Source of the DNA: Vicugna vicugna
Lineage: Eukaryota
Assembly (NCBI GenBank): GCA_013265495.1
Contig: MU058463.1
Span: forward strand, 3,331,037 to 3,395,036
DNA length: 64,000 nt
Direction of reading: 5' to 3'
The notes under the pieces are model-generated. The model was not told where the DNA came from. It did no database searches and was given only the letters and a program-made list of their open reading frames with translations. Shown in pieces: positions 23,257 through 36,930 of this stretch. A program made the translations under genes and the position numbers. How positions within the stretch are numbered: position 1 is the first letter of the stretch; every line of letters starts with the position of its first letter.

Positions 23257-24549
23257 AAAACAAACAAACAAACAAAAACAAAGCGTAAATACAGGACAGA
23301 AATAGACTCGTAGACAGAGAATACAGACTTGTGGTTGCCAGGGGAGTGGAGGGTGGAAAGGGATAGACTGGGATTTAAAAATTGTAGACTAGATAAACAA
23401 GATTATTCTGTATAGCACAGGGAAATATACACAAAACGTTATGGTAGCTCACAGAGAAAAAAATGTGACAATGAGTGTGTATATGTCCATGTATGACTGA
23501 AAAATTGTGCTGAACACTGGAATTTGACACATTGTAAAATGATTATAAATCAATAAAAAATGTTAAAAAAAGAAATTTATGGAGGAAAAAATTTAACTAT
23601 ATTAAAAATAAAATAAATTAAAAAACACACAGCAAAAGACAGAAGAGTATGAGTGTAGGTAAAGAAAAATAAATTATTACAATATGGGGATAAAAATAAT
23701 TCAGTTTGTGGGTTAAGAATTCAGGAAACAATATTCTCCACCTTTAAATCTTGACATCTACATAATCCCTAAGTAATATCCCTTATACGTCAATGACTGT
23801 GTATATTCTGGTAGTTGTACAATTTTTATTTTCAGAACATATTCCTAGGATTTAGATCTATTTTTCTAGTTGCCCCTTACTGGGCAACTATAATTGGGCA
23901 ACAGCATCTCAGAATGAGCATATTATTCCATATCTCCTCTTTCCCAGCAATCATTTCTTGAACTTTCAATCTGAGATTCAGTCTGGGTTAATGAAATGGC
24001 CACCTGCCCAGATGCCAGTAGATGAAACCTTAATTATTTCCTTCTCTCAATCCCACTCTAACAACTTGGTGATTTGGTTCTGTGGATTCTTCCATTATCA
24101 ATCACCAAGAAAAAATACTCAGTGCTTAATGAACTATATTGCACAAAATATGTATTGACAATATAACAAATTTCTAGCGATGTCCTAAAATTTCTTCTAT
24201 TTTTTAAGATAGTATAGATTTGATCTGGTTTTTATTTTTCAAAAATGCATCATTTCAAAGAGTAGATGGTATATTAAAAACTAAACAAAGCCAAACCCAT
24301 GCCTTACTGATTTAACTTAAAATTTTGCATTTACCCCTGTACAGATTATTCATAACACTAAATATCCTTCCCATATTGCCAGGATGTGGCAATTGAAAAA
24401 GAATATTGGAACACTTTAAACAAATTTAGAGGAGCAGTACACTTAGGAAGAAAGATTTCCTATTGCCCATTTATTAATAGATGCTTTTTTTTCCCATCCA
24501 GAGTCAGCAGATACTAAGTTTTAGTTATTAACTTAATGGAGATTACATC

Positions 24550-24567
24550 TGTGAGATAATCGTAAAA

Positions 24568-24630
<63 letters not shown>

Positions 24631-24850
24631 ATCTGTATCTATCTGTATACATATATATATATATATCTGCCGCCAGTTCTTGGCACAGAGCTTCTAAAAC
24701 TCTTGTAACTTCCTAAGTGATAAGAACACTACGATCATCTTTTGTTCTAATACTTGGTCTCTAACCCTGGTTCCTGACAAAGCTCCTAAATCCCTTGGAA
24801 TTCTGGGGTGCTAGGAGTGTCTTTTGTTCTAATGCAGTGACTCTTGGTGT
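24550..24850 (+). mobile_element. MER21-like LTR, 5' part
   Basis: TGTGAGATAATCGTAAAATA...GTTCTTGGCACAGAGCTTCTAAAACTCTTG...CCTAAGTGATAAG...TCTTTTGTTCTAAT. Confidence 0.7.
24568..24666. repeat. (TATC)n tetranucleotide repeat (~15 units) followed by (TA)n
   Basis: Read directly; expanded inside the MER21-like LTR. Confidence 0.95.
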
Positions 24851-25429
24851 GTACCGGGGATGATCACAAGAAAGTGTGGAACAAACTTCGTGGTTTAGAG
24901 TAGCCAGCCCATTAAAGCCACCAGATATTTCTTCCCCCCCCCCAAAATACACATTTTATGAGAAAGGTAAAAGCTGAACAAAAAATGAGTATTGTATTTA
25001 TGAAAAGAAAAACTGTTAACAATAGAGTGTGTCTGTATGTTGCCTCACATTAGAGAGGCTCATATGAATTCAGAATAACACAGCTGGCCCCAGTGATCTG
25101 CACTGACTGCACAGTAAGACTTCAGACAACCAGACAGCAAAGAAGCTGAGTTATCACAAGGCGGGCCCAGAGAATGAGCAAGAGGACTTGCGTAAAAGTT
25201 ATATCACAGTGCAATAATAATACTTTTTAATTAAAAATATAAAATATTTCTCAACATATTTCCCAGGCATTTCCAATGCTGGCAGATCCAATTCAAAACC
25301 AGGTATTGGAACTCTAGCCTCTTAAATAATTCTTGTTAATTTGTTCCACATCATCCACTTCCTTACCTATTTTATGTCAATAATCTTTACCCATCCCTGA
25401 TTCCCCACACTTCACTGGAATTGACTCAG

Positions 25430-25630
25430 AGGCAGTGAAATGTAGTGGTTAAGAGTGAGGAAGCTTAGTTTAAACTGCCCTGGTCTGGATCCCTGCTTTG
25501 CCACTTAATAGATGAGTGAGCTTGGACCAGTTCCATAATCATTTATTGTAAAATGTGGATAATAATAATATTTCACTCACAGTGTGATTTTCAGTATTAA
25601 CTATAATGATGTATTTAAAGCAAGCAATCA
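25430..25630 (+). mobile_element. MIR SINE
   Basis: GTAGTGGTTAAGAG...CTTTGCCACTTAATAGATGAGTGAGCTTGGACCAGTT...TGTAAAATGTGGATAATAATA. Confidence 0.7.
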
Positions 25631-25659
25631 GTCGATAACTTGATAATGATGATTGCCAA

Positions 25660-26225
25660 AATGATCTTCTAAAATATGAATCTGTTTCTGTCCCTTTCTT
25701 TTTTAAAAAAAATCCTTCAAAGTCCCTCCATCACCAAGAGATGAATGAATCCCATAGCATGCAGCCCCCCTCATGGTGGACCTTTTGAGCCTCATCTTCC
25801 GTGGCTCCCCCTACAAACTACATGCTCCCACCATGCTCACACTTCATTACTCCATAACACTTTTGTACATACCACGCTCCTCATTCGGAATACCGTCTCC
25901 CCGCTAGGCCTCTTCTACATGGCAAACAGCATTAAAAATGTATTATATCCCTTTTCCCTGTGGAGCTTTACCTGACCAGGGATCTCTCTCTGTCTCTCTC
26001 TCTTTTCTCTCTGGGTTCCCATGAATCTCTATACATAGCTCAATTATGACATTTCTTTAATTTGACATTAACTGTTGGCTTTTCTGATTGCCTTCACCAA
26101 CATCACCACCACCAGAGGGTGACCTCCTGGCCCTTGCGGACTCTGTCTCTCATTTCTGCATTCTCATTGCCTAGTCAAGTGCCAGGCATATATACTATAC
26201 CCTTGATTATTGCATGTTGAAGGAA
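25660..26225 (+). mobile_element. L2 3' fragment
   Basis: Pyrimidine-rich L2-like body ending TGCCTAGTCAAGTGCCAGGCATAT...TGTTGAAGGAAT. Confidence 0.55.
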
Positions 26226-26563
26226 TTTACGCTTCAAACATGACTTTTTGTTTTTAAAGAGAACTTTCTCTTACAATCTGCTATTAGAACTCAGAACATC
26301 TTAACTTTCACTAACTACTGTGATACCTATGATGATAGAAGCAATAAAACAAGAACAACACACATACTTATTCTAAGAACCTTGGCAAATAATTTGCAAG
26401 CTCTATATAGACATATTTTTAAACAGTAACTATGGCTCAAACAAAAGCTGATAAAAAATTCTTAAACATTGCTTTGGTTTCAATGAGAATCTTAAAAATA
26501 AAACATAAGTTGACTGAATGACAGAATAACATGCACAATTAAATGGAATAACCACAATTACTA

Positions 26564-26645
26564 TTTTTTATTGAAATATAACTTATATATAACATTATAT
26601 TAGTTCCAGGTGTACACATAATGATTTGATATTCGTATATATTGT
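26564..26645 (-). mobile_element. Very short L1 3' tail
   Basis: TTTTTTATTGAAATATAACTTATATATAACATTATATTAGTTCCAGGTGTACA is an antisense L1 3' end. Confidence 0.6.
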
Positions 26646-29600
26646 GGCTATGTTTTTACTACTAGTTTTAGCAGCTACTTAGGACTTTAAAGAGAAAGTG
26701 TGTATGCTGTTCTTATGTAGCATCAACTTGTAGTCTCCAAAGATATTCTGAAAGTGTAAAAGTCAAAGCAAAATTTTAGTATCAGAATTGATTATTTTTT
26801 CCTGTAGAATAGTGAAATTCAGGAGCTTTCTTTTTTAAAAAACACACTCTCAAAGAACATCTGAAGACAATGAATTCAATTTTAATTGTTTTGCTGGTCA
26901 TTTTTAAAGTTTCATGAAAGCATATATATATTTGAAATAACAATTCCTTAAAGTTTCCAATACACTGACTTGATCTAGTCACATCAAAATTTGGGGCATA
27001 TGATGCTGGAAATGTTTAGATCTTATACCAGTACAAAGGCTGAATAATAGAGGGTTCAGTGGTGAAATAAGTTCTAGTGTTTATGTTATGCAGGAATTTT
27101 TTTTAATTGTATTGACCACACGGAAGGTAAGATAGTAGGATTCTTTCCTCATTAGTTAAAAGAAAAAAGATAGCAGGATTCTTGATCCTCATAGATCTCC
27201 AAAGTGTTGAAAACCATCCCACTATGAGGGCAGTTGTACGGAAAGTCATAGAGAAGCTCTTTGCCCACATGGCCTGCCTGAGAGTCAGTTTACCCAGGGA
27301 GAGCTGCAGTCACAGAGCAATGAACTCCCCCTTCTTCAAGGCCCCACTGTGCAAGTGGCTGACTATTGATGTGGGAGCTGGCTCCTGACGCTGGCAGTCC
27401 CCTTTGCCTTCCTTAAATCTCAGGAAAAGTGGAGTGAGTCGTGTCCTGTCCAAACGGACCTCAGTCCTAACCCCACCTCTCCAACTTCCTCTGCACCTGC
27501 AACGCACATTGTATTGTGTAAAATAAGGCAATAGGGAACTGCAATTCGCAAAAACGGAATGGCACCTTCTAGTCAACCACAATGAACATGTCCTATTCCA
27601 TGTACTGAGAAACTGCAGTATAGAAATGCTGTGCTGATAGCGTAGAGGCAAACAGGAAACTATGAAAATGAGTGTTCTTACAACAAATTTTACTCAATCC
27701 CTTAGTTACTCCTTGTTCCTCAACTGAGATATGACAATACATTTGCCTATGTTGACCCTTCTGTTCTCTATTCAGTAATTTATATATTGGCCTTGAATTG
27801 AGTTAATTTTAGTCAGGTTAAAGATTTTAGCTACATTTATACATTCAGATGTTATACTATGAGGGAAAAAAAGAGATCTTTTATGTTTGTAAACAATGAT
27901 GTTGACATGAAAGAAATGTTTTTCATGCAAAGCTAGTCATTTATTTTATTAACATTTTCTACAATAATTAAAAGACCTACCCTGAATCAAAGAAAATGTT
28001 TGAATTTCACAAAGACAGTTCAACTTCATAGCCTTGCATTTAACAAAGATTATCAGGACTCTATGAAAACCTCTCTCTGAGCAATCAAAATACAGATAAC
28101 AGAGTTGCAATGGGTTAGGCGTGTATATATGAGCGCATACTCCGAAAGAACCCTCCTTTCTTTCAATGTTTGAGGTAAGTATTTTAGAAAATGTCTTTAT
28201 TGAATGGGAAGGCAACCACCCATACTGTTTACACTTAAACATCTGCCTTCGTACACAGTTTACAAAATAAAATCTATTCATAGTCCTCAGCTAAACAAGG
28301 GCTATTCATAAACAATTTTGTCAACATTTTTTGGAACTCACAGTCTGTCATCATCAAAATCATCTATCTGTTCTGTGTCTCTTCCATGAGCTTCCCTTCG
28401 CCTTCCTGCTCTGCGGGAAACCTGGCTCTCCCCTAAGATCCTCTTCCCCACAGCCCTCTCTGGTGGAGCTCATCTCCAGTCTCCTGGTCTTTGGATCTGG
28501 AGATAATTGCGTGCATGTCTTACTATTCATCGCCACTTCCAGGTGCTGCCCTTCCTTACTGTAGGAAAAAGCTTCTTTTTTGAAGCTCTTGTCATTAGAG
28601 GGAAAGATTAGTCACTGCACTTTTGTTAAACATCTACAAATTCCTGAGCTATTCCTGTCATTCCTTAAAAGGTTTTTTTTGCTTTTTTGTTTTGTTTTGT
28701 TTTTCAGCAGATCTCTGTCATTCTATCCTATACAACTGTCATCATTTTTAATGATTTCAATATCTACCTGTTTACCATTTTAAGAGGTTGCCAAAATGTT
28801 CTTTAACATAGTTGTGTTCTAATTTCTCCACATCCATGCCAACCCTTGGTGTGGTCAATCTTTTTAGATTTTAGTCATTCTTGTAGGTGTGTACTGGTAG
28901 GTGGTTTTAAGTTGCATTTACTTAGTGATTAATGTTGAGCATCTTTACGTATGTTTATCTATCATATGTTTTAGCTTTTTTAGTGAAGTGGCTTCTCCAC
29001 TTTGCCCATTTTTTAAAATGGGTATTTTGGTTGTTTTTCTTTACTTGAATTTTAAGAGTTTTATTAATATATTCTGTATGCAATTCCATTATCAGATACA
29101 TGAATTGCAAATACTTTCTCCCAGTTTGTAGCCTGTCTTTTCATTCTTTTAAAGGTGTCTTTCAAAGATTAGAAGTATTTAATATTAAGTCCAACTTGTT
29201 CTTTTATGGATTGTGCTTTAGGTGTTGCAGCTAATAATTTTTTTGCTTAACCAAGGGTCACAAAGTTTTTTCCTTATGTTTTCCTTTGATAGTTTTATAG
29301 TTTTATGCCTTATTTTTAGTTTATGACTCATTTTGAGTTATGTTTTATTTATGGTGTGAGGTATGGATCAAAGTTCATTCTTCTCGCTCTTCTTTTTTTT
29401 TTTATTTGTATGTGAATATCCAATTGTTACAGCACCACTTGTTGAAAAATATTCTTTCTCCACTGAGTTGCCTTTGCACCTTCATCAAAATACATTTCCA
29501 TATATGTGTGGGTCTATTTCTGGACTCTACATTATGTTCTGTTGGTCTATTTTTCTATCTTGGTACAATGCTGTCCTGATTTAAGTAGACTTGTAAGTCT

Positions 29601-30307
29601 TAAAATCAGATAGCATTAGTCCTTCTTTTCAAAGTTATTTAGGCTGTTCTAGAAGTTTCGCATTTCCATATTAATTTTAAAATAATTTTGTCAATTTCTA
29701 CAAAGTAGCCTGTTGGAATTCTACTTGGATTATATTCAATCTAGAGATCAGAGGGGAATTAACATTGAAAATATTCAGTTTCTGACTCATGATGAATCTC
29801 TGCGTTAATTTAATGATTATCGATATGGTTACTTTCAAAACTTTCTTCCTTCTAAATGTTTTCTATTTGTCCCAATCTGTTCTTTGTTATCTTTTCCCTC
29901 TTTTTCTACCTCCTTTTTGATTAATTAAACATTCTAAATTATTTAATTTTATCTTCTCTTGGTTTTTGTTATTTTAGTGTTTCTTTAGGGTTAATAATAA
30001 ACAGTTCTAAGTTTCTCAGTTTATCTATAATATTATGCCACTGAACATATAGTATAAGAAATGTATAATAGTATTGTCAGTTTTTTTCCTTACTGACCTT
30101 TGTGCTTTTTACAAATAATGAAAAGCCCGCACAACATTGTCATTATCTTGTTTAATATGTCAATTACTTTTTAAAGAGATTTATATAATAAGAAGGTTCA
30201 GATATCTATTTAATGATGTGGTTCCCATTTCCAGTGAGCTTCACTCCTTTGTGCAGATTTACAGATTCTTGTGGTATCATTTTCCTTTTGCCTTAAGAAC
30301 TCTTTTT

Positions 30308-30799
30308 TTAACATTTTTTATTGACTTATAATCATTTTTACAATGTAGTGTCAAATTCCAGTGTTGAGCACAATTTTTTAGTTATACATGAACATATATA
30401 TATTCATTGTCACATTTTTTTCTCTGTGAGCTACCGTAAGATCTTGTATATATTTCCCTGTGCTATACAGTATAATCTTGTTTATCTATTCTACATTTTG
30501 AAACCCCAGTCTAAACCTTCCCACCCACCGCCCCCTTGGCAACCACAAGTTTGTATTCTATGTCTATGAGCCTGTTTCTGTTTTGTATTTATGTTTTTTG
30601 GTTTGGGTTTTTTTTTTAGATTCCACATATGAGCGATCTCATATGTTATTTTTCTTTCTCTTTCTGGCTTACTTCACTTACGATGACATTCTCCAGGAAT
30701 ATCCCTGTTGCTGCAAATGGCATTATGTTTCGGTTTTTATGGCTGAATAGTATTCCATTGTATAAATACACCACATCTTCTTTATCCAGTCATCTGTTG
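30308..30799 (-). mobile_element. 5'-truncated lineage-specific L1 tail (copy B)
   Basis: Same 3'UTR as copies A and C. 13-bp TSD AAGAACTCTTTTT at 30295-30307 and 30800-30812; TTTTT/AA site. Confidence 0.95.
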
Positions 30800-31729
30800 A
30801 AGAACTCTTTTTAATATTTCTTGTAGTGAGACTCTGTTAGCAATGAGTTCTCTCAGCTTTTTATATTTGAAAAAGAACTTACTTTTTGTCTTCATTTTTG
30901 AAAGATACTTTCATTTGGTATTGAAGTCTAGGCTGACAGGTTTTATTTTCTTCCAGTATTTTAAACATTATTCCACTGTCTTCTTACTTACATTGCTTCT
31001 GATTACAATCTGCTTACCTTTGCTTCTCACCATGTAATGTGTGTACATTTTTCTCTCTGCTCACTTTTAAGATTTTTCTTCATGACTAATTTTGAGCAGT
31101 TTTATTACTATGTGCATTGATGTCATTTTCTTTATGTTTTTTATGCCTGGGATTCATCATGGTCCTTGGATCTATAAATTTATAATAATCACCAAGTTTG
31201 GGAAACTTTTGGTCATATGTCTTCAAATATTTGTTCTGTCTCTTGTGCTTTTCTGAAGGAACTGTATGTATATTAAGCCACTGAAGTTGTCCTGCAGCTC
31301 ACTAAGGCTCTGTTTTTGCTGCTGTTGTTGTTTTGTTTTGTTTTAATTCTCTCTTCTTTCTGGGTTACACTTTGGATAGTTTTATTTTGCTGTATTTTCA
31401 AGTTTACTCGTATTTCTTTATAACATCTAATAGCTATTAATCTCATCCAATGTGTTTTTTAACACATTGTAAGCTTCATCTCTGGAAATTTGACTTAGAT
31501 CCTTGTTATGCCTCTACTTAACTTTTTGAATACATGAAATATAATTATCATAATTGTTTTAAAGTTTTTGTTTGCTAATTCTAATATCTGTGTCATTTCT
31601 GGGTTGGTTTCAACTGATTTGATTTATCTCCTCATTATGAATGGAATTTTCTTGCTTCTTTGTGTACCTGGTAAATTTTTTCATTTGAATCAGGGCACTT
31701 TGAATTTTGCTTTAATGAATGCAGGATTT

Positions 31730-31752
31730 TGTGTGTGTGTGTGTGTGTGTGT
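31730..31752. repeat. (TG)n microsatellite
   Basis: Read directly from the sequence. Confidence 0.9.
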
Positions 31753-34700
31753 TTTCCTAAAACTATTTATGAGCTCTATCTGGGATGTACTTCAGCTACT
31801 TGGAAACAGTTTGGTCATTTGGGTCTCATTTTTAAAATGTGTTGGGTAGACCTGGAGCAGGGCTCAGTCTAGCACTATTTACTTCACATTACTGAGGCAA
31901 GACTCTTCTCTGTACTTTACCAAATGCCCTTTAAATCTTGAGATTTTTCAATCTGCCTGGTGGGACAGACACTATTCTCAGCCTGCTATGAACATCAGAC
32001 ATTGTTACTTCTAATCCTTCTGAGCAGCTCAAGAGCTTCAGCCTCCAGTAGTTTCCCCACATACATAAGCTGACGTGAATTCTGCTGAATACTTGAAGGG
32101 GACCCTCTACAGGATTCCATAGTTCTACAGCTATGCAGCTGTCTCCTTTCAGTAATCTGTCCTGCAATGTCTAGTTACCTTGGTCTCCCAGGACTATTGG
32201 TTCTATCTCAACTCAAGGAGTTGCATAGTTGTTTAGTGTTGAGTTTTAACAGTTCTTTGTATATTTGGGTCTGAATATTAATTTTTTTATTGTGACTTGA
32301 TGATTTCTCTGTAGGGATGCTGTGAGGTCTAGGTTGAACATGTATCACTATTGACTGAAATTATGCTTGCTCCTTTTATGCTCCATAGGGCACATTGACC
32401 CCTAGTCACTTCAAATTAATTTCTTAGCTTGATGTTATCTAGATATGTCTTTTATAGTAAATTCAAACACTAAACTTGAATGAGGGCAGTCAGTAATTGC
32501 AAATTCTTGAGGAAACTTTTTGTCTATATCCTGAGCTGAGGCTGACCCTGCTAAATATCCTTGCTATTTCCCTATTGCAGTAGATCAGCTTTCTGGTCTA
32601 CCCTGTCACTTAGGCTGCAACTCTTCAAGACCTTCAACTTTATGCTGTGATCTTGGTTCTAATGTCTCATCTTGCTTGAGCTCAAGGCCTTATTTCCTAA
32701 GTCCACTAAGCTATTAAAACCGAAACCTCTGAGTGAGGTAGATCAGCAGGTTTCACCAGGATAACTGCAGCTTCATGTTCAACTTGAGTTATTATGTTTG
32801 TTTTTAACACCCTCCTAGTTTTTTGTCTTTGAGGATTTCTCCAACTTCATCAGGAGCTCAGCTATCAAATTCAACATATAGTTTTATTATTTCTATTCTT
32901 CATTTTTAGATTTTTAATTGTTGTAAAATTATGTTTAATCCATGAATTGCCCAAAACAGGAGCTCATATAGGGTTTTAACAGCATAATTTCAACTGTTTT
33001 TTCTTTTTTTTACAAAGCAAGTAGCCTATCTGAATATCAGCTGATCATCTTTAAGAAGGAATTAATTGGGTTCCATTCAAGACAATAATATTTTTCCTGT
33101 TAATCTCTCTTGAGGGTGGGATCTAGATCTGATTTCTTTTTGTATACCTCCACAATTCTTATACAGAGCAGGCATTCAATAAAGATTGTTGAAAAGGGAT
33201 TTTCTAAAATTGAATGATGAAATGAATGAATGATCTGGCTGCCCATTGGTACAGCTGAGTGTAATATACCCTTATAACAAGGTTCACGTCTAAGCCGAGA
33301 GTTTGGATTTTCAGTAATAATTAAAAATGCAGCCTTCAAATACAGCTGGGCATTTCTGTCTGGGGAAGAACTTATGAGGCACAGAAACAATGTTACATAT
33401 TAATTCTCTGGGAAGGCTTGGTATACAACTACCATACAGGTGTTTCCTGTTGAGAGTCCAAGTTCCCATACAAGAACTCCGAGGACAGCTGAGAACAAAA
33501 CTTAGCCTACTTAATTACACTTGCCCAGTACCCTGTATAAAAAGTCATTGACCAAAAATAACACGTTTAAGTAATGTTCAAGTTGAGATACAAACCAGCA
33601 GCCGTCAGGAAATTCAAAATTAAATCTGATCTCCACCCTTCACTTGCCTCATTGTACCCAGGCAGCACCAAGGTCAGAAATTAATTGGAGACACTACAAA
33701 ACACACAGCCTGCAATATTTCAGCTAAGTGAGGTCACAAGGAAAACTTAGTTAAGGCCTTATTAGAGGAGTTTACAGGAGCACATTACTATGAATATGAA
33801 ATTAGAGTCTTGCCTTGATGGATGTGCCACCTACCCAAGGTAATTTGTTGGGAATAATTTGAAAATGTAAGTGAACATAATTAAGCTTCTGTTTTATGGT
33901 AGACTCGTCATTTGTCTCCAGGTGCACTTGTCTCTGCAGATTTGACACTGGAAATGCCCAGAATATGATGAGACACATTTTAGTCATTTGGTTTTAAGTT
34001 AATATTTGGGCATCTGTGAATTAAAAGAAGCTCTTAGAATTGACAATACATATGCTATTCATATTTTTTTTCTTCTGTAGAATTATAGACATAAAATTTC
34101 AAGGGTAATATCACCATGAAAATCAGCTGCATATACAGCATATTCCCTATTCCTTACTGCAGTGAAACCCTTGGACACTCTTCTTCCTCAAAAAGAAGCC
34201 ACACTCATCTGGAATTACAAATGCCTACCTGAAGGCTAAAGTATGTGGAGGAAAGTATTCTCTTGATTTTAGACTAACCTTTAGGTATTCGTATTTGCAC
34301 TGTCCTTTTAGAAGTCTTTCTAATTCCAAGCCAAACTCATTAATTTATTTCAATTTTATTAGAAATTCTGTTGCTTAGGGTTAATTCAGCTATTTTCTTT
34401 ACATAAAGAAAACAATATATCTTTTTAAAGAGAGATTAAGGATCACAATAAAAGAGAAACAACTATAGAAAATCAGATAGTAACAGGAATTTGATTTTTT
34501 TCATTCAATGTTTAATCATCTATGGTAAACTAGTTGAATATAATTTAATTTCCAATCATATTAACAAGATTGGAACCACATATATCATTAACACAGACTA
34601 GCTACTATTTCCTCAGTTATAATTTGTCATTTTTTTTTCTATTATAGAATTTATTATTTTGAATTTACTAGAACAAATTCTTTTGAATTTAAACTACATT

Positions 34701-36269
34701 TATTTACTATTAGTTACTATATACCCACACTGTTCCAAAAGTTTATAGAACTTTTAAAAAGACATATTAATATATAGTCCTATTTTAATGTGTCTTTCAA
34801 AGAGATATTTAAACATTCCCCACAGATTCTGCTCCAATTTGCAACTATTTAAGGGTATTGCAACTGCCTGTATTTATTGGCATGGAAAAGATAAAACTAA
34901 CCAGAAAAAAATACAATAAATAAAATACTCCATTTAGACTGATACTATGCAAGAAAATATGTTTTATCACTCTGCAAGATTTTGAAAAATTAAACTTCTT
35001 TTGGCATCGGTCTGTTGTTTACTTTTATACTACACGTAGAGGTTTGAATTCTTGGGTCACTGTGTTTATTCTTTTTTCAAGAGATCTGGGAGAAGGGCTC
35101 TTTATGAGGTTGCTCTGCGTTGCTAGGCACATGGGTTCAGTATTCAGACAGTCCAGTTCAGTTCTCTGACTTTTCTATTACATTTTTGTCAATTGCCTTC
35201 TTTGCTTCCAAACAGCAGACAAGTACATAGTGATAAACTCTATTGAAATGGCTAGTTCCCTCACTACCAGGGAATTGCATAAGAACAATTCTGTATTCAT
35301 CATTTTCAGGCACAAAGGAAGAACAAAAGCCCACCCCAAACATGACCTGCTGCACAAAATACCTTTTGTTATCAATGTAAGTGCTCTTCTGAATCCTCAA
35401 ACCACCCATTGATAGATTTTCTTTTTCCCACATACATAATTTATAAGCCATCTAATGAATTTTTCATAAGTGAAACAACCGTTAATATTAATTCCTGGCC
35501 ATTCTAAGTGGCAAAAAATTAATTCTTTCCCCAAATCCACTTGAGAGGCATTCTCTCCTTTCTTCAACACCGTACAGAGCAGAGACTTGAATGTTTGTAG
35601 CCTTCAGTAGAGGAGCAATCTTAAAGAGTCCTTGTCCAGACAAAAGCTTGCACACTGTGAGCAAGTCTTAGCAGAAGATTGCTTAAGGGGAAATCCTATA
35701 CCACATGATATATCACTGACCTTTCTCCTCTGTCCTTGTTACACAGAGAACAGAACCCCTCCTCTGTCTCCACTTATAAAGTATCTGACAATGACTGATA
35801 GTTTTATTTTTTCAAAGCTGTCATTGCATTAAAATGTGGCTGCTGTTACATGGAATATTGAAGGACACAGAGCAAGTCTGAATGATGCAGGGAAAAAATT
35901 TGCACAAAACCTTCATCTGTCAGGAGGCACTAAGATCCACTGTCTTGAATTTTATGAGTAACTTTTAAACTCCTAGTACATAACAAGAATGAGGACCAAT
36001 CATGCACTACAACAAATAGGTATCTGAAATGCAAACTTGGGCTGTTCTGGCCCCTAGATGGAAGGGGGAGATTAGATGTGGGACAGCACTGAGAGGCTCT
36101 GATGAACTTTCTCTTCACATATAGGTCAGAGATAGGACTAAAATCCTCAGTTTGGGATCAGATGAGAGACTAACATGAAAAAAAGGGTCCAGTCTCGAGA
36201 GTTAAATAGAAACCCACTCAATCTTAAAATATGTCATTTTAAAATACAAGAAGACCTCCACTCCCACCT

Positions 36270-36930
36270 CTTTTTCTAACGTCACAAAATCCAATTGACA
36301 CCCTTTATGTGTCTCTAGAATTGGTCCACTTCTTCTATATTCATAGTCAATGCCCTGGCTTGGCCACCCTTATCTCTTCCTGGATTCCTTCCACCACTGG
36401 TAACCAGACAGCTCACCTCTGCTCTCCCTACCTATAGCAAGACTAATCTTCCTACAATACAAAATGAAATGTGTTGCTTTTCCTGCTTAAAATCCTTTCT
36501 TAGCTCCCCATTGCTCTTAGAATGAAATCTAAAGTTCTTAACAAGGTGTAAAAAGTCCATGGCTTATATAAGGAAACAGGCTTCTGCTTACACCTCTGAT
36601 GCTCTACACGGCACCTGCAACCCCAGCTGTTCACTCGTCTGGAAAACTCTGCTTGGCCAGTTCTTCATCAGCACGTGGGCTTCAACATAGATACTTGGAG
36701 AGACTTTCTCACCTCCTGAGTCTGGTTTAGCTGCTCCTGCTATCTATGTTTCCATATCATTCTTTTTGCTCCCTGTCTTAGTGTCCAGTACTTTGCATTA
36801 CAATTGTCACTTTAGTAGCTACTTGTTCATTTTACTCGCTAGACCTAATGTTCTTTGTAGTCAGACATCGCATGCGCAGTGACAATGCCTGAGCTTTGAA
36901 CATTACCTGACTCCTAGTGTGTGCTCATCA
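36270..36930 (+). mobile_element. L2 fragment
   Basis: TCCTGCTTAAAATCCTTTCTTAGCTCCCCATTGCTCTTAGAATGAAATCTAAAGTTCTTAAC is typical L2 3' sequence. Confidence 0.65.

Larger units (their letters stand above)
16433..23620 (+). mobile_element. Full-length lineage-specific LINE-1 (copy A), inactive
   Basis: GC/CpG-rich 5'UTR, ORF1, ORF2, 3'UTR and A tail. The 14-bp TSD AAAAACACACAGCA lies at 16419-16432 and 23621-23634, after TT (TT|AAAA endonuclease site). Confidence 0.97.
28780..32230 (-). mobile_element. Ancient L1M segment(s): ORF2 3' part, inter-ORF/ORF1 and 5' region, interrupted by copy B
   Basis: T-rich antisense L1 motifs (ATGTTGAGCATCTTT; CCAATTGTTACAGCACCACTTGTTGAAAA; CCTGTTGGAATT). Confidence 0.7.

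Noticed and set aside
28090..28180. Strong donor GAG|GTAAGT near 28174
   Set aside because: There is no convincing acceptor, and the candidate frames contain stops.
35297..35382. Possible small exon (TTTTCAG...AAT|GTAAGT)
   Set aside because: The peptide is unrecognised and such site pairs are common by chance.
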